Positions 51,601-64,000 of a stretch of DNA of 64,000 nucleotides are shown here, piece after piece. Source of the DNA: Octopus bimaculoides (Eukaryota); contig NC_068988.1 in the NCBI RefSeq assembly GCF_001194135.2, positions 3,309,245-3,373,244 of the forward strand, given 5' to 3'. The position numbers and the translations under genes were made by a program. The first letter of the stretch is position 1; the number at the start of each line of letters is the position of its first letter. The notes below the pieces were generated by a model that saw nothing but the letters and a program-made list of their open reading frames with translations, was not told where the DNA came from and searched no databases.

Positions 51601-52949
51601 GAAGCATCCAGTGTGTTTTTGAAACAGCTGTAGTACCTGACTACCTCTACTATTCCTTTTATTGTTGTATTAGAAGCAACGTTTGTTGCTTTTGAGAGAG
51701 TTGTAAAGAACTTAGCAACACATCAGAAGTTTCTGTCTAGTTTCAGTTTGGGACAAACTGCATTTGATGCATTCATCAATATATTTTATTGATCAATTAT
51801 TGAGTCATTTGTATTCTCTATGCAAGCCTTGTTCATGCTGCTGACCAACCAACTGCATTTCACCCCAATCACTTGCCTGATCCTACTGCATTATCATTAT
51901 TGTATATAACTGTTAATATACATAGATATATAAATACACACACACACACACACTCACCTGTTTCCATTATGTCCATCATATTAATCTAAATAAACTTTAT
52001 TCATCAAACTGTTTCTACTAACACTTCACCGAAATATTTAAGCCACAATATCAGTTTCTATTCATATCTCCATCTCCAGGTCACTGTTATTACCAAGGAC
52101 ATTACCACTATTTTATAGAATTACAAATATATAAGAGCCAAAAGTAAAGCTGTAGTGGGTGTTATTATTGTGTGGATTAGCAGTGTTGAATAAATCTGAG
52201 TCGAATTCTACTATAAACATTAAACTGGATATTAACTCTTCGTCATATCAAAAGAAATGCCTTGTTTTAACACAAAGGCAACAAGCTGAGTTGTTCAAAT
52301 GCACTGTACGATGAGAGACTGGCCATTGGGTGATGGTCTCTGATTAATCCCACAATATCTTTGTTGAAATAAATCTCACAAATATATTCTAAGAAATGAA
52401 AATCAATATTGATTAATCATTTGATTATTGTACCCTGACAGTTTTAAGTAATTAGTAACAGTGTTGTACTTGACTGAGCTGAGAGGATGTCTGGCTACCA
52501 AAGTCTGGGAGTTCTGCAAACCTGCTAAATTGAATTCAAGTCCTCTAAGGAACCAATCAAAAATAACTGAAATCAAATAACAAATATAACAATGTGATTC
52601 ACAATGATGGGGTCCTAAGGTTAATTCTCCCTTGCAATGCTTTGGCAAGAGTTTTCTACTATAGCTACTGATTGGCCAATAATTTGAAAATGAAACTGTG
52701 CTGAAGCCTATCATATCTCTATCCGTATATGAAACCACCATCACCACCATTACCATGATTAATAGCCAGTCTGACTGTAGTCATAGGAAATGCTGTACTA
52801 TTTGAAGTGGTTTGATTGCCTCAGCTGGTTTCTGATTCCAGCTGCTGAGACCAAAGGTCCAGTCTCCTCCTCCTCCTCCTCCTTATCTGCTTTGGCATGG
52901 TTTCTACAATTCGACATCCTTCCTCATGCCACCCACTTCACAGAATGTA

Positions 52950-53430
52950 CTGGGTGCCTTTAAATTATAAGTCTGTATCTAAGGTGGAAGTTACTTCAAT
53001 TAACCATAAAACTAAACAAATAGGAGCAGTGTACAATCAAGGATTTTCCTTTCTTTGGACATGCCCAAGCCAATGGTGCTTATTTATGCTAAAATCTCAG
53101 CTTTATTACAGAGTTTGGTTTCTCTTGAAAATAAATGTTACTGGTCTTGTCTTTCCTTGTGTTCTTCAAGATTTCTCACAGGTGTTTCATCAGGAACTGC
53201 TGACAGTTTCCATTTAATCTTTTTGGTATATCATCCATGCTGCTCGTCCATGCAATACTTTTGAAAATACTGTGGAATAATATACTTTGCACTTCACATG
53301 AACCAACAAATAACTATTATTCCACAAATTCAATTCCAATCTTCCAAATGTTAAGCTGGGATTGTTCTTCCTGTGATCTAGTTTCTCCCCAGTCATGCAA
53401 TCATTACTAATTATGCTGCACAGGTAGGTA
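52950..53430 (-). mobile_element. RTE-clade LINE RT C-terminal fragment
   Basis: FTYLCSIIS.D...EKLDHRKNNPSLTFGRL...LWNN...KCKVYYSTVFSKVLHG..AW matches FTYLGS...RI.KA..AFGRL...K.KVY...LLYG.E.W. Confidence 0.7.
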
Positions 53431-53444
53431 AAGTCATCATCATC

Positions 53445-54210
53445 ATCATCATCATCATCCTTGTTTAAACGTCCACTTTCCATGCTGGCATGGGTTGAAC
53501 AGTTTGACTGAAAACTGGCAAGCCAGGGAGCTGCACCAGGTTCCATTCTGATTTGGCAAAGTTTCTATAGCTGGATGCCCTTCCTAATGCCAACCACTCC
53601 AAGAGTACAGTGGGTGTCTTTTACGTGCCACCAGCATAGGTGCCACTGACCTGATACTGGTATTGGCCACAACTACAGTCTCACTTGGCTTGACAGGTAA
53701 ACATGAGCACAGTATATGACCAAGGGCTTTGGTCACCTGCTACGCTCTCCATGAGGCCTACTGCTCAAGCGGTGCATTTTACGTGCCACCAGCATGGGTG
53801 CCAGTCAAACGTCACTGGCATCGGCCACAACTATGATTTCAATCATTTCGACAGGTCTTCTCAAGCACAGCATATCACCCAACGATTGAAGGGTGCTTTT
53901 AACTGGCCAGTTACACGACACTAACATAAATCGTCAAAACCAGCTCCTGACTGCCATTAATTTGGGGCCTGGGGTGTGCCACTTAGCCTTCAGAGTTATC
54001 AGATAATCTTTATTAGTGCCAGTGCCATGAAAAAGTACTCAATACACTCTGTGTCGTGTCTGGCATATTAGGAGTAGCATCCAGCAGTAGAAACCAAGCC
54101 AAAGAGGATATTGGAACATCATGCAGTTCTCCAGCTCAGCAGATTCTGTCAAGCCATCCAAGCCATGAAGACAAGGAAGCTGGTTGTTGAATGAGGCTGA
54201 TGGTGATGAT
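53445..54210. mobile_element. SINE family C copies: - strand 53445-53900, + strand 54030-54210
   Basis: ccttgtttaaacgtccactttccatgctggcatgggttgaacag...ggatgcccttcctaatgccaaccact; the second copy ends in (GAT)n. Confidence 0.8.
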
Positions 54211-54796
54211 GATGATGCACTACTCTCTCTCTATATATATATGTATCAATTCTCTGACATGATGTGCAAGAGAGAGTGCATCCACATGTACACACATACA
54301 CACCGTGCATACATTCAGGCAAACACACACACACACACACACACATTCTTGTTATGAATATTACATTGAAGTAATAATATATTGGAGTTCTATAACATGC
54401 TAAAGAATTGAGCTTTTCAAGTCAGTCAATATATTTTATATGGTGCTTAAGGTCTATAAAATATATATTAAATACATAATGTGTGTAGATATATATTTGT
54501 ATGTGTCTATATATATATATATACATACATGAAACACATACATATATACACACACACATATATATATATATACATATAAACATACTTATATACATNNNNN
54601 NNNNNNNNNNNNNNNNNNNNNNNNNNNNNNNNNNNNNNNNNNNNNNNNNNNNNNNNNNNNNNNNNNNNNNNNNNNNNNNNNNNNNNNNNNNNNNNNNNNN
54701 NNNNNNNNNNNNNNNNNNNNNNNNNNNNNNNNNNNNNNNNNNNNNNNNNNNNNNNNNNNNNNNNNNNNNNNNNNNNNNNNNNNNNNNNNNNNNNNN

Positions 54797-54831
<35 letters not shown>

Positions 54832-54843
54832 ATGTATACACAC

Positions 54844-54887
<44 letters not shown>

Positions 54888-55889
54888 CGATAGTCTTTGA
54901 TTCCCAGAGTCCAATGAGTTACAACTGGCCCCTTGTCTCAATGACAATCAGAAATTCAATGAACTTGTGATTGGTCAGTTGAAAACCAGTAAACAATGAG
55001 GCACTTTGTCTTCACACCTACACATACACACCTACACATATGCATATGAAAGAAAGAAAAGGGGCGTATATATTCCATAAGAGAAAGCAATAGAATTCTA
55101 ATAACCCAAACTCGAAAGACACTTTTGATAAACTATCAGTGAATTTTGAAAAGCAAAGATTTGTTGAGCAAAACAAAAACCGAATAAGCACAATACATTT
55201 TGATATCATTTCTAAGTTTAGGTTACAAACAGATAGTAAGCTACTTTAGTACATCAACTATCTTTTATAAACTGTGAGGCACTCATTGTGCTATCAGACA
55301 AAGCAATTTATAAACAGACAATATAATTGAAATTAGATAAATTTTTCGTGAGACAATAATAACTTCAACAGATAAAGATTTTCATAATGGATTATAATTT
55401 ATGGAAAGATGAAAACATTTGTCAACAGACTATAGGCCTTGCACTTCTGACACAACACACTTTCAGAATGACTAAATTAAAACTAACTTCCAACTATTCC
55501 TTCTCCAACATTCTACCAACAAATATTATTATTGTTATTATTATTATTATTATTATTGATTTTAATCTTTAAAGAGAAAGGAAAACAATTGCAATGTGTA
55601 AGTAGACCTCCTGTGTATTTCTCTCAGTTAATAGCAAATAGTAGTTGTGACAAATTACATTTTGCTCGAAAAGAAATGATGAAATTAATTTTAATTCTGA
55701 ACATATATTGTAATTAATGGAAAGCCAATTGAAATTTGGAAAGATTAGCTGGGATAATGTTTAGAATTTAGATAATGTAAGGAAGTAAAATTTAATTTTA
55801 CTGTGATGAGAACAAAAGTACTGCTCTGTGGAGGTAACATTGTTTAGAAGTACAACACAGCACAAACTCATATCATGCATTAGTACACC

Positions 55890-55943
<54 letters not shown>

Positions 55944-56074
55944 CACAAACACACACACATATATATATATAAAGTATATGTTCTTGTGGTTTATTTAAAA
56001 CATTATATGTTTTAACTAATAAGGAAGAGCATTATGTATGTAAATATGTATGTGTGGTCGTGTGTGTTTGTGTG

Positions 56075-56129
<55 letters not shown>

Positions 56130-56189
56130 ATACCAATCTCTCTCTCTCTCTCTCTCTGTATATATATATATATATATAAGGATTTACTT

Positions 56190-56540
56190 TTCGTGATGAG
56201 ATAATGAGATAAAAAAGCAACGCTGTGTAAATTATAGAACATTTATAAATAGAAGGTCTTACAGCTGTTTCCAGGGCACTTATTATATCCCTTCATCAGA
56301 GTCAGTGTGAGAGGATGGTTAAGCAATAGTTAATTTAGATAAGATAGGAAATAGAGAGTGAATGCAGGTATATTGTATTTGTAAACCCATTGTTTAGGCA
56401 GAATGGTAAACATATAAGATTCCGATACCTTGTGAGTAAAATCCAATAGTCTTTAAGATTTGTCTGGAAACAGCTGTAAGACCTTCTATTTATAAATGTT
56501 CTATAATTTACACAGCCTTGGTTCTTTTATCTCATTACGA
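56190..56540 (-). mobile_element. Penelope pLTR with inverted partial copy (53-bp perfect inverted repeat 56222-56274 / 56464-56516)
   Basis: The arms are exact reverse complements, with imperfect outward extension. The - strand carries a hammerhead motif. Confidence 0.65.
56257..56302 (-). ncRNA. Minimal hammerhead motif with canonical CUGAUGA core
   Basis: UCU-CUGAUGA-AGGG(auauaauaagug)CCCU-G-GAAA-CAGCUG-UA-AGA. Helix III is the palindrome CAGCUG and the triplet is GUA; there is one extra G before GAAA. Confidence 0.6.
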
Positions 56541-56549
56541 ACAGTAAAT

Positions 56550-57021
56550 CCTTACATTCACACACTGACATATGACCTACATTGGATGTCTTTATGGACA
56601 ACACTTCTGACTGTTCCTTCTGACTGTTCCTTCTGACACATGGAGATCTTTTGTAAGTGACCATGTGGACTTTCTGGGATTGTAATCAATGGTCTATTGA
56701 ACTTGCTGGATGAATTCGGGTGTCCTGATGATTTCAGAGTGTTTAGAATGCTTTTCGATACTGGTGATACGTTTCCATCTTCAGTCTCTAACTCCTTACA
56801 AACTTTGCAGATGAAAGATCTAGCAACTTTTAAAAATCGAGATATTTCTAAATCACTAGGTTCAGCCTTTATAACCACAATAACAGCTTGTCTGTTCATT
56901 TCTTGAGTAATCTGAGGGTCTGCCATTATTATTTACTGAAACAAAGATTATACAGAGTTAGCAAAAAATGCAGCAATGACCCCAAAAATGGTATGTCCTC
57001 AAATACCTTATGCACCCTGTA
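56550..57021 (-). mobile_element. Tc1/mariner (maT/DD37D-like) 5' fragment with TIR and HTH-coding region
   Basis: TA|CAGGGTG terminus at 57021-57013. ORF 56926-56558 reads RQAVIVVIKAEPSDLEISRFLKVARSFICKVCKEL...SEGTVRSVVHKDI. Confidence 0.8.
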
Positions 57022-58138
57022 CAAAAATGGTGTATTAAACTAATATAGAAAAGATTAAGAAATGTCAGAATAGGCTGGAAGGTTAACTGATCTATTGATG
57101 GTTATATCCATTTGACTATCCTCAACCTGGAAGTTTCCATGCTATATGGTGCCAAAATAATCAAATTTGAAATTAAATTAGAATTGATAAGACACTAGTG
57201 TTATTTTCAATATATTTAAATATAACCAAACACATAACAATTAGCTGTCAATATGAAATTAATTAACAAAATTACAGAAATATCTAAATATATTTTAAAA
57301 TATAATTAACTTTATGACAAACTTCTAGGTTGTAGACTTGTTACAGTATAACTATATTTACAAAAGACATTTACGGTAAAACAAAGGCAGCCACTTCTCA
57401 CTAATAACCAGCTGATCACAATACAACAGCTTCTTCCAAATATTAACCAATCAAAATGCAACAGGGCCCACTTAATTCACCCTGTCAGTTCTTTATACTC
57501 ATCTACTCACAAACCAATAAGTAGGCCTCTACAGAGTCCTACAACCTGTTAGAAATAGAAGCCAAATCAGCCTCATGTTACATACTAGCAGCTTCAAAAC
57601 TGTGATGGGTACAATAGATAATGTACTGCTAGATAGACTGTATTCGGAAAAATAAATTAAAGCTTGAATATCTTTGATCATAGGCTTTGCTTAATCGAAA
57701 CTGACCAAGGGTTGAACAAACACAGCACCAACAACAGCAACAAAATCAACACCCCACCCCCACTACTTAAACTATAGAATTAATTAACGTGATCTAAACA
57801 GAGGTTTCTATTAGTTATGTCGATTGACATGATTTAAGGATAACACAGAAATAATTATATTACTTTAGTACCTTCACTCTTCTGGTAACTACATGTGAGG
57901 CTAAAAGCATAATAAATCTTTCTTTTTCCCTTAGCATATCAAATATTTTATACCCTGTACTTACACTAATCAAATGCTGTGTTACAGAATGTGATTGGCT
58001 CAACGTTAAATTGATTAAAACACTTTCCACTCATTTCTCCAGCAAAACATTCATGTATAGGTGTGTGTATTTATGTGTATGTGTCAATGATACATACATA
58101 CATACATACATACATATAGATACACACAAGCGCATATA

Positions 58139-58244
<106 letters not shown>

Positions 58245-58599
58245 CACATACATATAAATATATATATTTATGGTATACATACATTATACATACATGCATA
58301 CTTACGTACATTTATATGTTTTATATGTGTGTGAGTGGATACAATGTTACATATGTTTTTAAAACCATAAAATATGGAAAGTGCATCAAGCATGTGAATA
58401 TATTATGATAGGGGACTGAGCCAGTTTTTATGAGGTCAATTTAATCTGATCTGGGTTTAGGGTATTGCATTGTGGTAAAGAAGTTTGGTTTGCAATCATG
58501 TGGTTATAAGTTCAATACCACTTCATGCTACCTTGTTTAAGTGCCTGCTACCTTAGCTCTGTTTGAATCTGCTGTGTTGATTCTTCCTGCTCTGGAGGT

Positions 58600-59400
58600 G
58601 GGGGTTAGACTCTAATCATTCTGGGGGAGGGGATAGACATAATCCAGTTTAATACCCTAATGTTGGGTGCTATACTGTATGAAGGATTAAGTGTACTACC
58701 CAAGAGAAGGGATTGTAATAAGACACCGAAATATCTTTGTCAGGTTCCTCTCTGTTGCAAGCTTTTGGATCAGGTCTTTAGCCTGAGGATGACCCATGAG
58801 TTAGGGTCACAACCACCTCTTTCCCCCCATTGATTTTGGAATTTCTAAAACAAATGTTCTACATCCTGACCTCATTCCTCTGACAACTTCTGGATTATCA
58901 ATTGTAGAGTTCACTCTTGATTCAATCTGTTGATCTTTAATCTACCTCATTCAAATGCTGGAGTTGACTGATTGTATAGATGTCCCCTTGTCTATATGTG
59001 TCACACTCATTTAATGTTCAGTGGAACTCACGGGCTGATGAAAGCAGAATACAGAGAGGTGCCTTTAATGCATTGAAGCTACTCTACTATGAATGTTTTC
59101 TTCCCTTTCTTCCATGTTACCATCTAATAGTAGGCTTATTACCTTATGGATTAGGGGTTGCACTCATGTTAGCTAAACCATTCCCAGACTTGGTGATGTG
59201 TTGTGTTCATGAGCAAAGCATTTCATTTCGTATTGCCTCAGTCCCTTCTGTTATAAATAAGAAACACTGTGATGGGCTAACATTTTGTTCTGGAGAAGAA
59301 TTGTGATCCCAGTCACTTGGAAACCCTGTAGCCAACTCTATTAGCCCCAGGACTTGAGACAGTATTTTCTGACCTTCTAATAATGGTACCAATGCCTCAA
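58600..59400 (-). mobile_element. RTE-clade LINE 5' region / endonuclease N-terminus, decayed
   Basis: Stop-riddled coding-like sequence with an RTE-type arrangement (leader, WNV.TL-like region, ...GGKE...). Motifs are weak. Confidence 0.4.
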
Positions 59401-61049
59401 GACATTTTATGCCAGTGCCATGCTTCCAAAAACCCATTCAAAGCAATTTATACATACAACAATATGAGCAATGGAAAGAGAATTAGCTATTTCCTGATCT
59501 CATGTATCATCTCATAATTCTTGCCAAAACATTTTATACATAAAGTTCAAATATTAAAAAGACAGTTGCTTATATTGGTAAAATAATTCTTAGAGATATT
59601 TCAGACATTCCTATAGCATCTGAAGAAACCATAAAAAAATGAAAGTAAGCAAATATTTTATCAACATTTGCAAATAAGAAGGAAGTTAGCTGATAAAACT
59701 GTTACAATCCGAAAACAAAATACCAAGTATCTTTAAAATAAAGAACAAAATGTCAAGCTTGGAGTTTTGAGAACACACTCATATCTATTGATTTCTTAAA
59801 ACTTTCAACAAGAAATAACAGCCAAATTCCACTAACTAGAAGCCTACCTTTCATTATGTAGGAACACAGAATAAAATGTTAGCAACACAGGTAAAAAATA
59901 TGGGATGGTCATAACTAGTTTACTCACTCAGACTGCAGGTAAGCTACACCACCACCAGTTTATTTGTATAAATATTACTGCCAGTATCATACCATTGTGT
60001 GTATGGTGCCAACTGCATCAACAACAGGTGTGGTTATATTGTAGATTACTCTCTCTCTCTCTCTCTTTCTCTCTTTCTCTCTCAATGTAGGTTAGCAGAT
60101 GTCATGGACTGCTTTACCATTTGTGCCCTTAAGTGAATATTTTAGCAGCTTTTTATGAATTAATTATTCCATTATTTATTACATTTACCATATTTGTTAT
60201 GTTGATACTTGAAGTGAGTTAAGAGACACTTTGTGGAAACAGAAACTGTTTCTACTGATTAACTCTTTTAATTGTCTTTTCCAAAATCAGTTTACTTTTC
60301 TAAATAGTTTATACAAGAGAGAGGGAGAGAGGAAAAGAGAGAGGTGCAGGCGGGATTAGAATGGCATCAGAATTACAGAATGACAATAAAATAACTGAAA
60401 TATTTCTATGAACTTTAATGTTGATTTTTATTGATAGCATCAGAGCCAAATCTTCTGAGTACTTTTGAAAACCCTAAACATAAACCTTAAACCTTTTGTA
60501 TTAATTTCGGCACAACCGATAATGGATGGGTTCATGATTATTTGATAAGGGAGATACAAGTGAAAACTACATTTTGAACTTTACCAAAACTATTTGTTAT
60601 TGTTGCTGCAGCTGATGATGATGATGCTGATGACTATAATGATTACAATGGTGTCGCCACCATCAATGGTGATGGTGGTGGTCATCGTCATCATCTTTGT
60701 CTTCATTAGTTTGATGACATGGGATATTATCAAAGGAGGAGAAAATCTTCATCATTGTGAAAGTGAAAGAAGCTGGAATTCTTTAACCAAGAGAAGGAAT
60801 CAGGCTAATAAAGATAAAGCTGTTGATTCTTCTAAGAGACAGATACTTTTACCAAACCAGCTGTATGGAATTTACTCTACATCTTTCTTCTAAAAATTGT
60901 CTTGATGTATCTTTGACTGATGCAATATTTTAATAAATCTAATAATTTCCTTGCTAACCTCCAAAAGCTAATTAACAAATTTGACAGCAGTGGGATACGG
61001 GACAATCTTAACTCAGTTTATGATGTTTATTCATTATTTTTTAATTACT

Positions 61050-61620
61050 CAACCTCTTTATATCTGAACTATGGATGCATTGTCTTCTCCCTGTGTCTAT
61101 TCTACCACAACTACAATGACTTTGCTCTTTGCAGTTAGCTGGTCTCAGACCACCTCCACTCAGCCACACCCTACTCCCTTGTTTCTCGCCCACTTTTCAA
61201 TCATATAGTCACCACCACTCAGCAGTCCTTACCCTAAACTCTCCCTGCCCACTTTCCTTCTTAACCCAGGTTTTCCAATAATTTGGGGGAGGAATACACT
61301 AGAAATGCTTCTCACTGCCATCTCTATGCATAATTCTGATTTGAACTCAGCACTCCAAGAAAACAAGACATTTTTGATTGTACAACAATATATGTGCTTA
61401 CAATTATAAACTGTACCAAGTTTCAACAAGTCTCTTCCATCACAACCTGAGGTCAGTCAATACCTTGTTAGTAACTGCGTCTGTTTTGGGGAGTAAACTT
61501 CACCGATCATCCAGTTTATCATCTCCACCTGGCCTGCAGGTACCTGTGATGCCTTTAGTAGAGTACGTTACAAGTACTCAGACCAAAGCTTCAGTCTAAC
61601 ATTTAACTTTCTCATTTCTT
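61050..61620. mobile_element. Short LINE relics (L2/CR1-like 3' end on +, RTE-like 3' end on -)
   Basis: LCLFYHNYNDFALCS.LA resembles SLFYRYY.G.CS.ELA; the - strand gives GTCRPGG..LDDR, resembling G.R.RGRP..W.D. Confidence 0.35.
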
Positions 61621-62464
61621 CTCATCAATCTTGAAGCCCGAGAAAATAGTCATGGCTTCTGTCATTCCCACTTCAGTCTAATTTATAAAAACTAAAATGT
61701 AAAGAGAGACAAAGATGCTTAGCAAAGGCAAAGTACCATTGCATTAGGGATACAAACCATTGACATCAGGTCTGGTTGCTTTCTTTGAATTTCTATTGCC
61801 TCCCTGTCTTCTCTGAAATCACACAGCTTCCCATTAATATATTACAGATATCGAATTTAATTACTTATTAAACTGATTCATTATTACCCTCATTGATGTC
61901 GGTATTGCAACCACTACTTCTTCTGTCAATGGATTTCTTGCTCATACTGTCGTTTAACCCTAGGCAAATGGTAATTGAACACATATGATCAAAAGTAATC
62001 CAGCCTTGACCAGCTCCATCTTTTACTCAGATATAGAACTAATGCTTTCCAGTATGTCTTTAATATTGTATTTCACCTGAAGCAAACCATAAAGTAACTC
62101 AGAGGAGGTGCTTAATGGCTGGTTACAGGTTAAATTTAAAGTCAATGATGGGATCTTGTTCACAGTGAGTGTCACGATGTTACATTAGACAAAACCATTG
62201 CTTCATTGATCCCATTTTTGTCGCATACATCACAAATGGAATCATTTAAACAACCATCCTAGTTCTTGTATTACTCACTCACATCATACTTTTGGTGCAC
62301 AGTTAAATGTTTTAAAACAACAACACCAACGACAACAACTTCTCATATATTTTATACGAAATGTTTTTGTTTTCTCTCTTTTCATAAATCTAAAATGTGA
62401 ATTTTAAAATTCTAAGATTTCCTACTGTTAAATTCTATATTGCTAAACAGCAGGGAGGGGAGAG

Positions 62465-62523
<59 letters not shown>

Positions 62524-64000
62524 NNNNNNNNNNNNNNNNNNNNNNNNNNNNNNNNNNNNNAGAAGTGAAATAATCACAATAAAGACTGGGTAGCATAAAG
62601 ATTTCTATAAATCAATTTCAGAACTCATGCTGGGCAGAAAGGAAAAAAATATATAGAATAATAGTTGCCAAATTATTCAGTGAGATTCAGAAAAAATGGC
62701 TTTATAAAGAGTGTTCACTTGTCTCATAAATATTCTTTACTGCCACCACATTTTCCCACATTCTAAAAGCAAGAGAGAGTAGGATTAAAATCACAGAAAA
62801 CATAAGAAAAATAAGTTTAATCAAATTGTGCTTCAGCATTTGTATTTCATTTAAAAAAGAACATATATATATATATATATATATATACACATTATTTTGT
62901 TTTTGTCTTTCAGTTTTATTAAATGGGAAATGCATTTGAACAAATACCTCTGTTAAGAGCTACCCACACTATAATGCTTTGCTTATGCCACCATGCATTT
63001 ATTTCTAACTACTGCATTCATACACACACACATTAATATATGTGCACCAACTCATCCAATTTCTCTCCCACTCTTTCTCTCCTCTGCTACTCATTATATG
63101 ATCTGCTGGGCCACATCAACCACTTAACATCTTTCCATGACCATGCAATTATTTCTAACTATTTCGTAGACATCCATCTGTACACAACCTTACTTGTAGA
63201 CTTGACCCTTTATTTTCTCATGCACACACACACACACACACACACCCACACCCACCCATTTCACCACATCCTCCTAAGCTTATGTTGCATATTACCTTTA
63301 TTAGATGTTCACTCTGCTCTGCCGAAAAACACTTCCTCTACTCTACTTGTTTCCTGCCATTCCATCAGATTGCATCTCTTCCTCAGTTACCTGTTATTTT
63401 TCCGGTCTAGTTTTCATCTTTCTCTTCCCTTCCCTCTATCTTGTCAAAGGACAAATCACCAAAATGTTGTATTTTCCCCTTTCTAATGTAATTAATATTG
63501 ATTTTTATATACTTGTTCTTTGTTTTTGCCCAACATTTTGCATGTTCTACAGGTAAGGGAGACTAACTTATAGATTGATGAAGACATAATAAAAAAGAAG
63601 GGGCATGGGAGTGGGGAGTGAACAATGGGTTAAAGATTCCATGAGTGAAAAGCGGGTTGTAAATGAAGAATGGGAGTCAGATATGGAAGTAACAAAAGGT
63701 GAATAAAGCAATTGCAGCATGGAAAACACATATTAACCATTCAAAAAACACACAACATCTTTTAACTTCATTCAATCAGTTATTATTTGGTGTCAACGTT
63801 TTCAGCACACTAACTGTGACCTGAACACTGACAAAGTTCTACGGCAACTGGTCCCGGATGTAGCTGTTGGTCAGTATATATAGGCTCAAGAGTTTTCAAT
63901 ATTGTTTTTTCTTGACTAATTTAATACTTGAAGGGCATAACACAAATACAAATATCAAAATATTCAAAATCTATTGGAATTGAGGCCAGCCTACATCCAG

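Overview
This is AT-rich, repeat-dominated eukaryotic genomic DNA with seven N-gaps. The SINE families, R4/Dong, RTE and Penelope relics, and dense (TA)n/(CA)n/(ATT)n/(GAT)n microsatellites look like an octopod cephalopod (Octopus sp.) draft scaffold; that assignment is by recognition, not by a search. No complete gene and no intact transposon ORF is visible, and almost all ORF-track entries are microsatellite, N-gap or antisense-TE artefacts. Well supported: three decayed R4/Dong-clade non-LTR elements, several Penelope-like element (PLE) relics (one with both RT and GIY-YIG), RTE and L2/CR1-like fragments, two maT/DD37D-like mariner relics, a piggyBac-type MITE and many SINE copies. Candidate host exons: a first coding exon on + at 18012-18107, and a spliced 3' end on - at 33618-33561 plus 30130-30060. 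Neither protein is identified. The most unusual signal is a set of minimal hammerhead-ribozyme motifs in PLE-derived repeats. Three of them, from two unrelated sequence contexts, share a non-canonical CUGUUGA core, and one sits in a ~190-bp insertion with an apparent target-site duplication. All translations were done by hand, and most repeat boundaries are approximate (about 20-50 bp).
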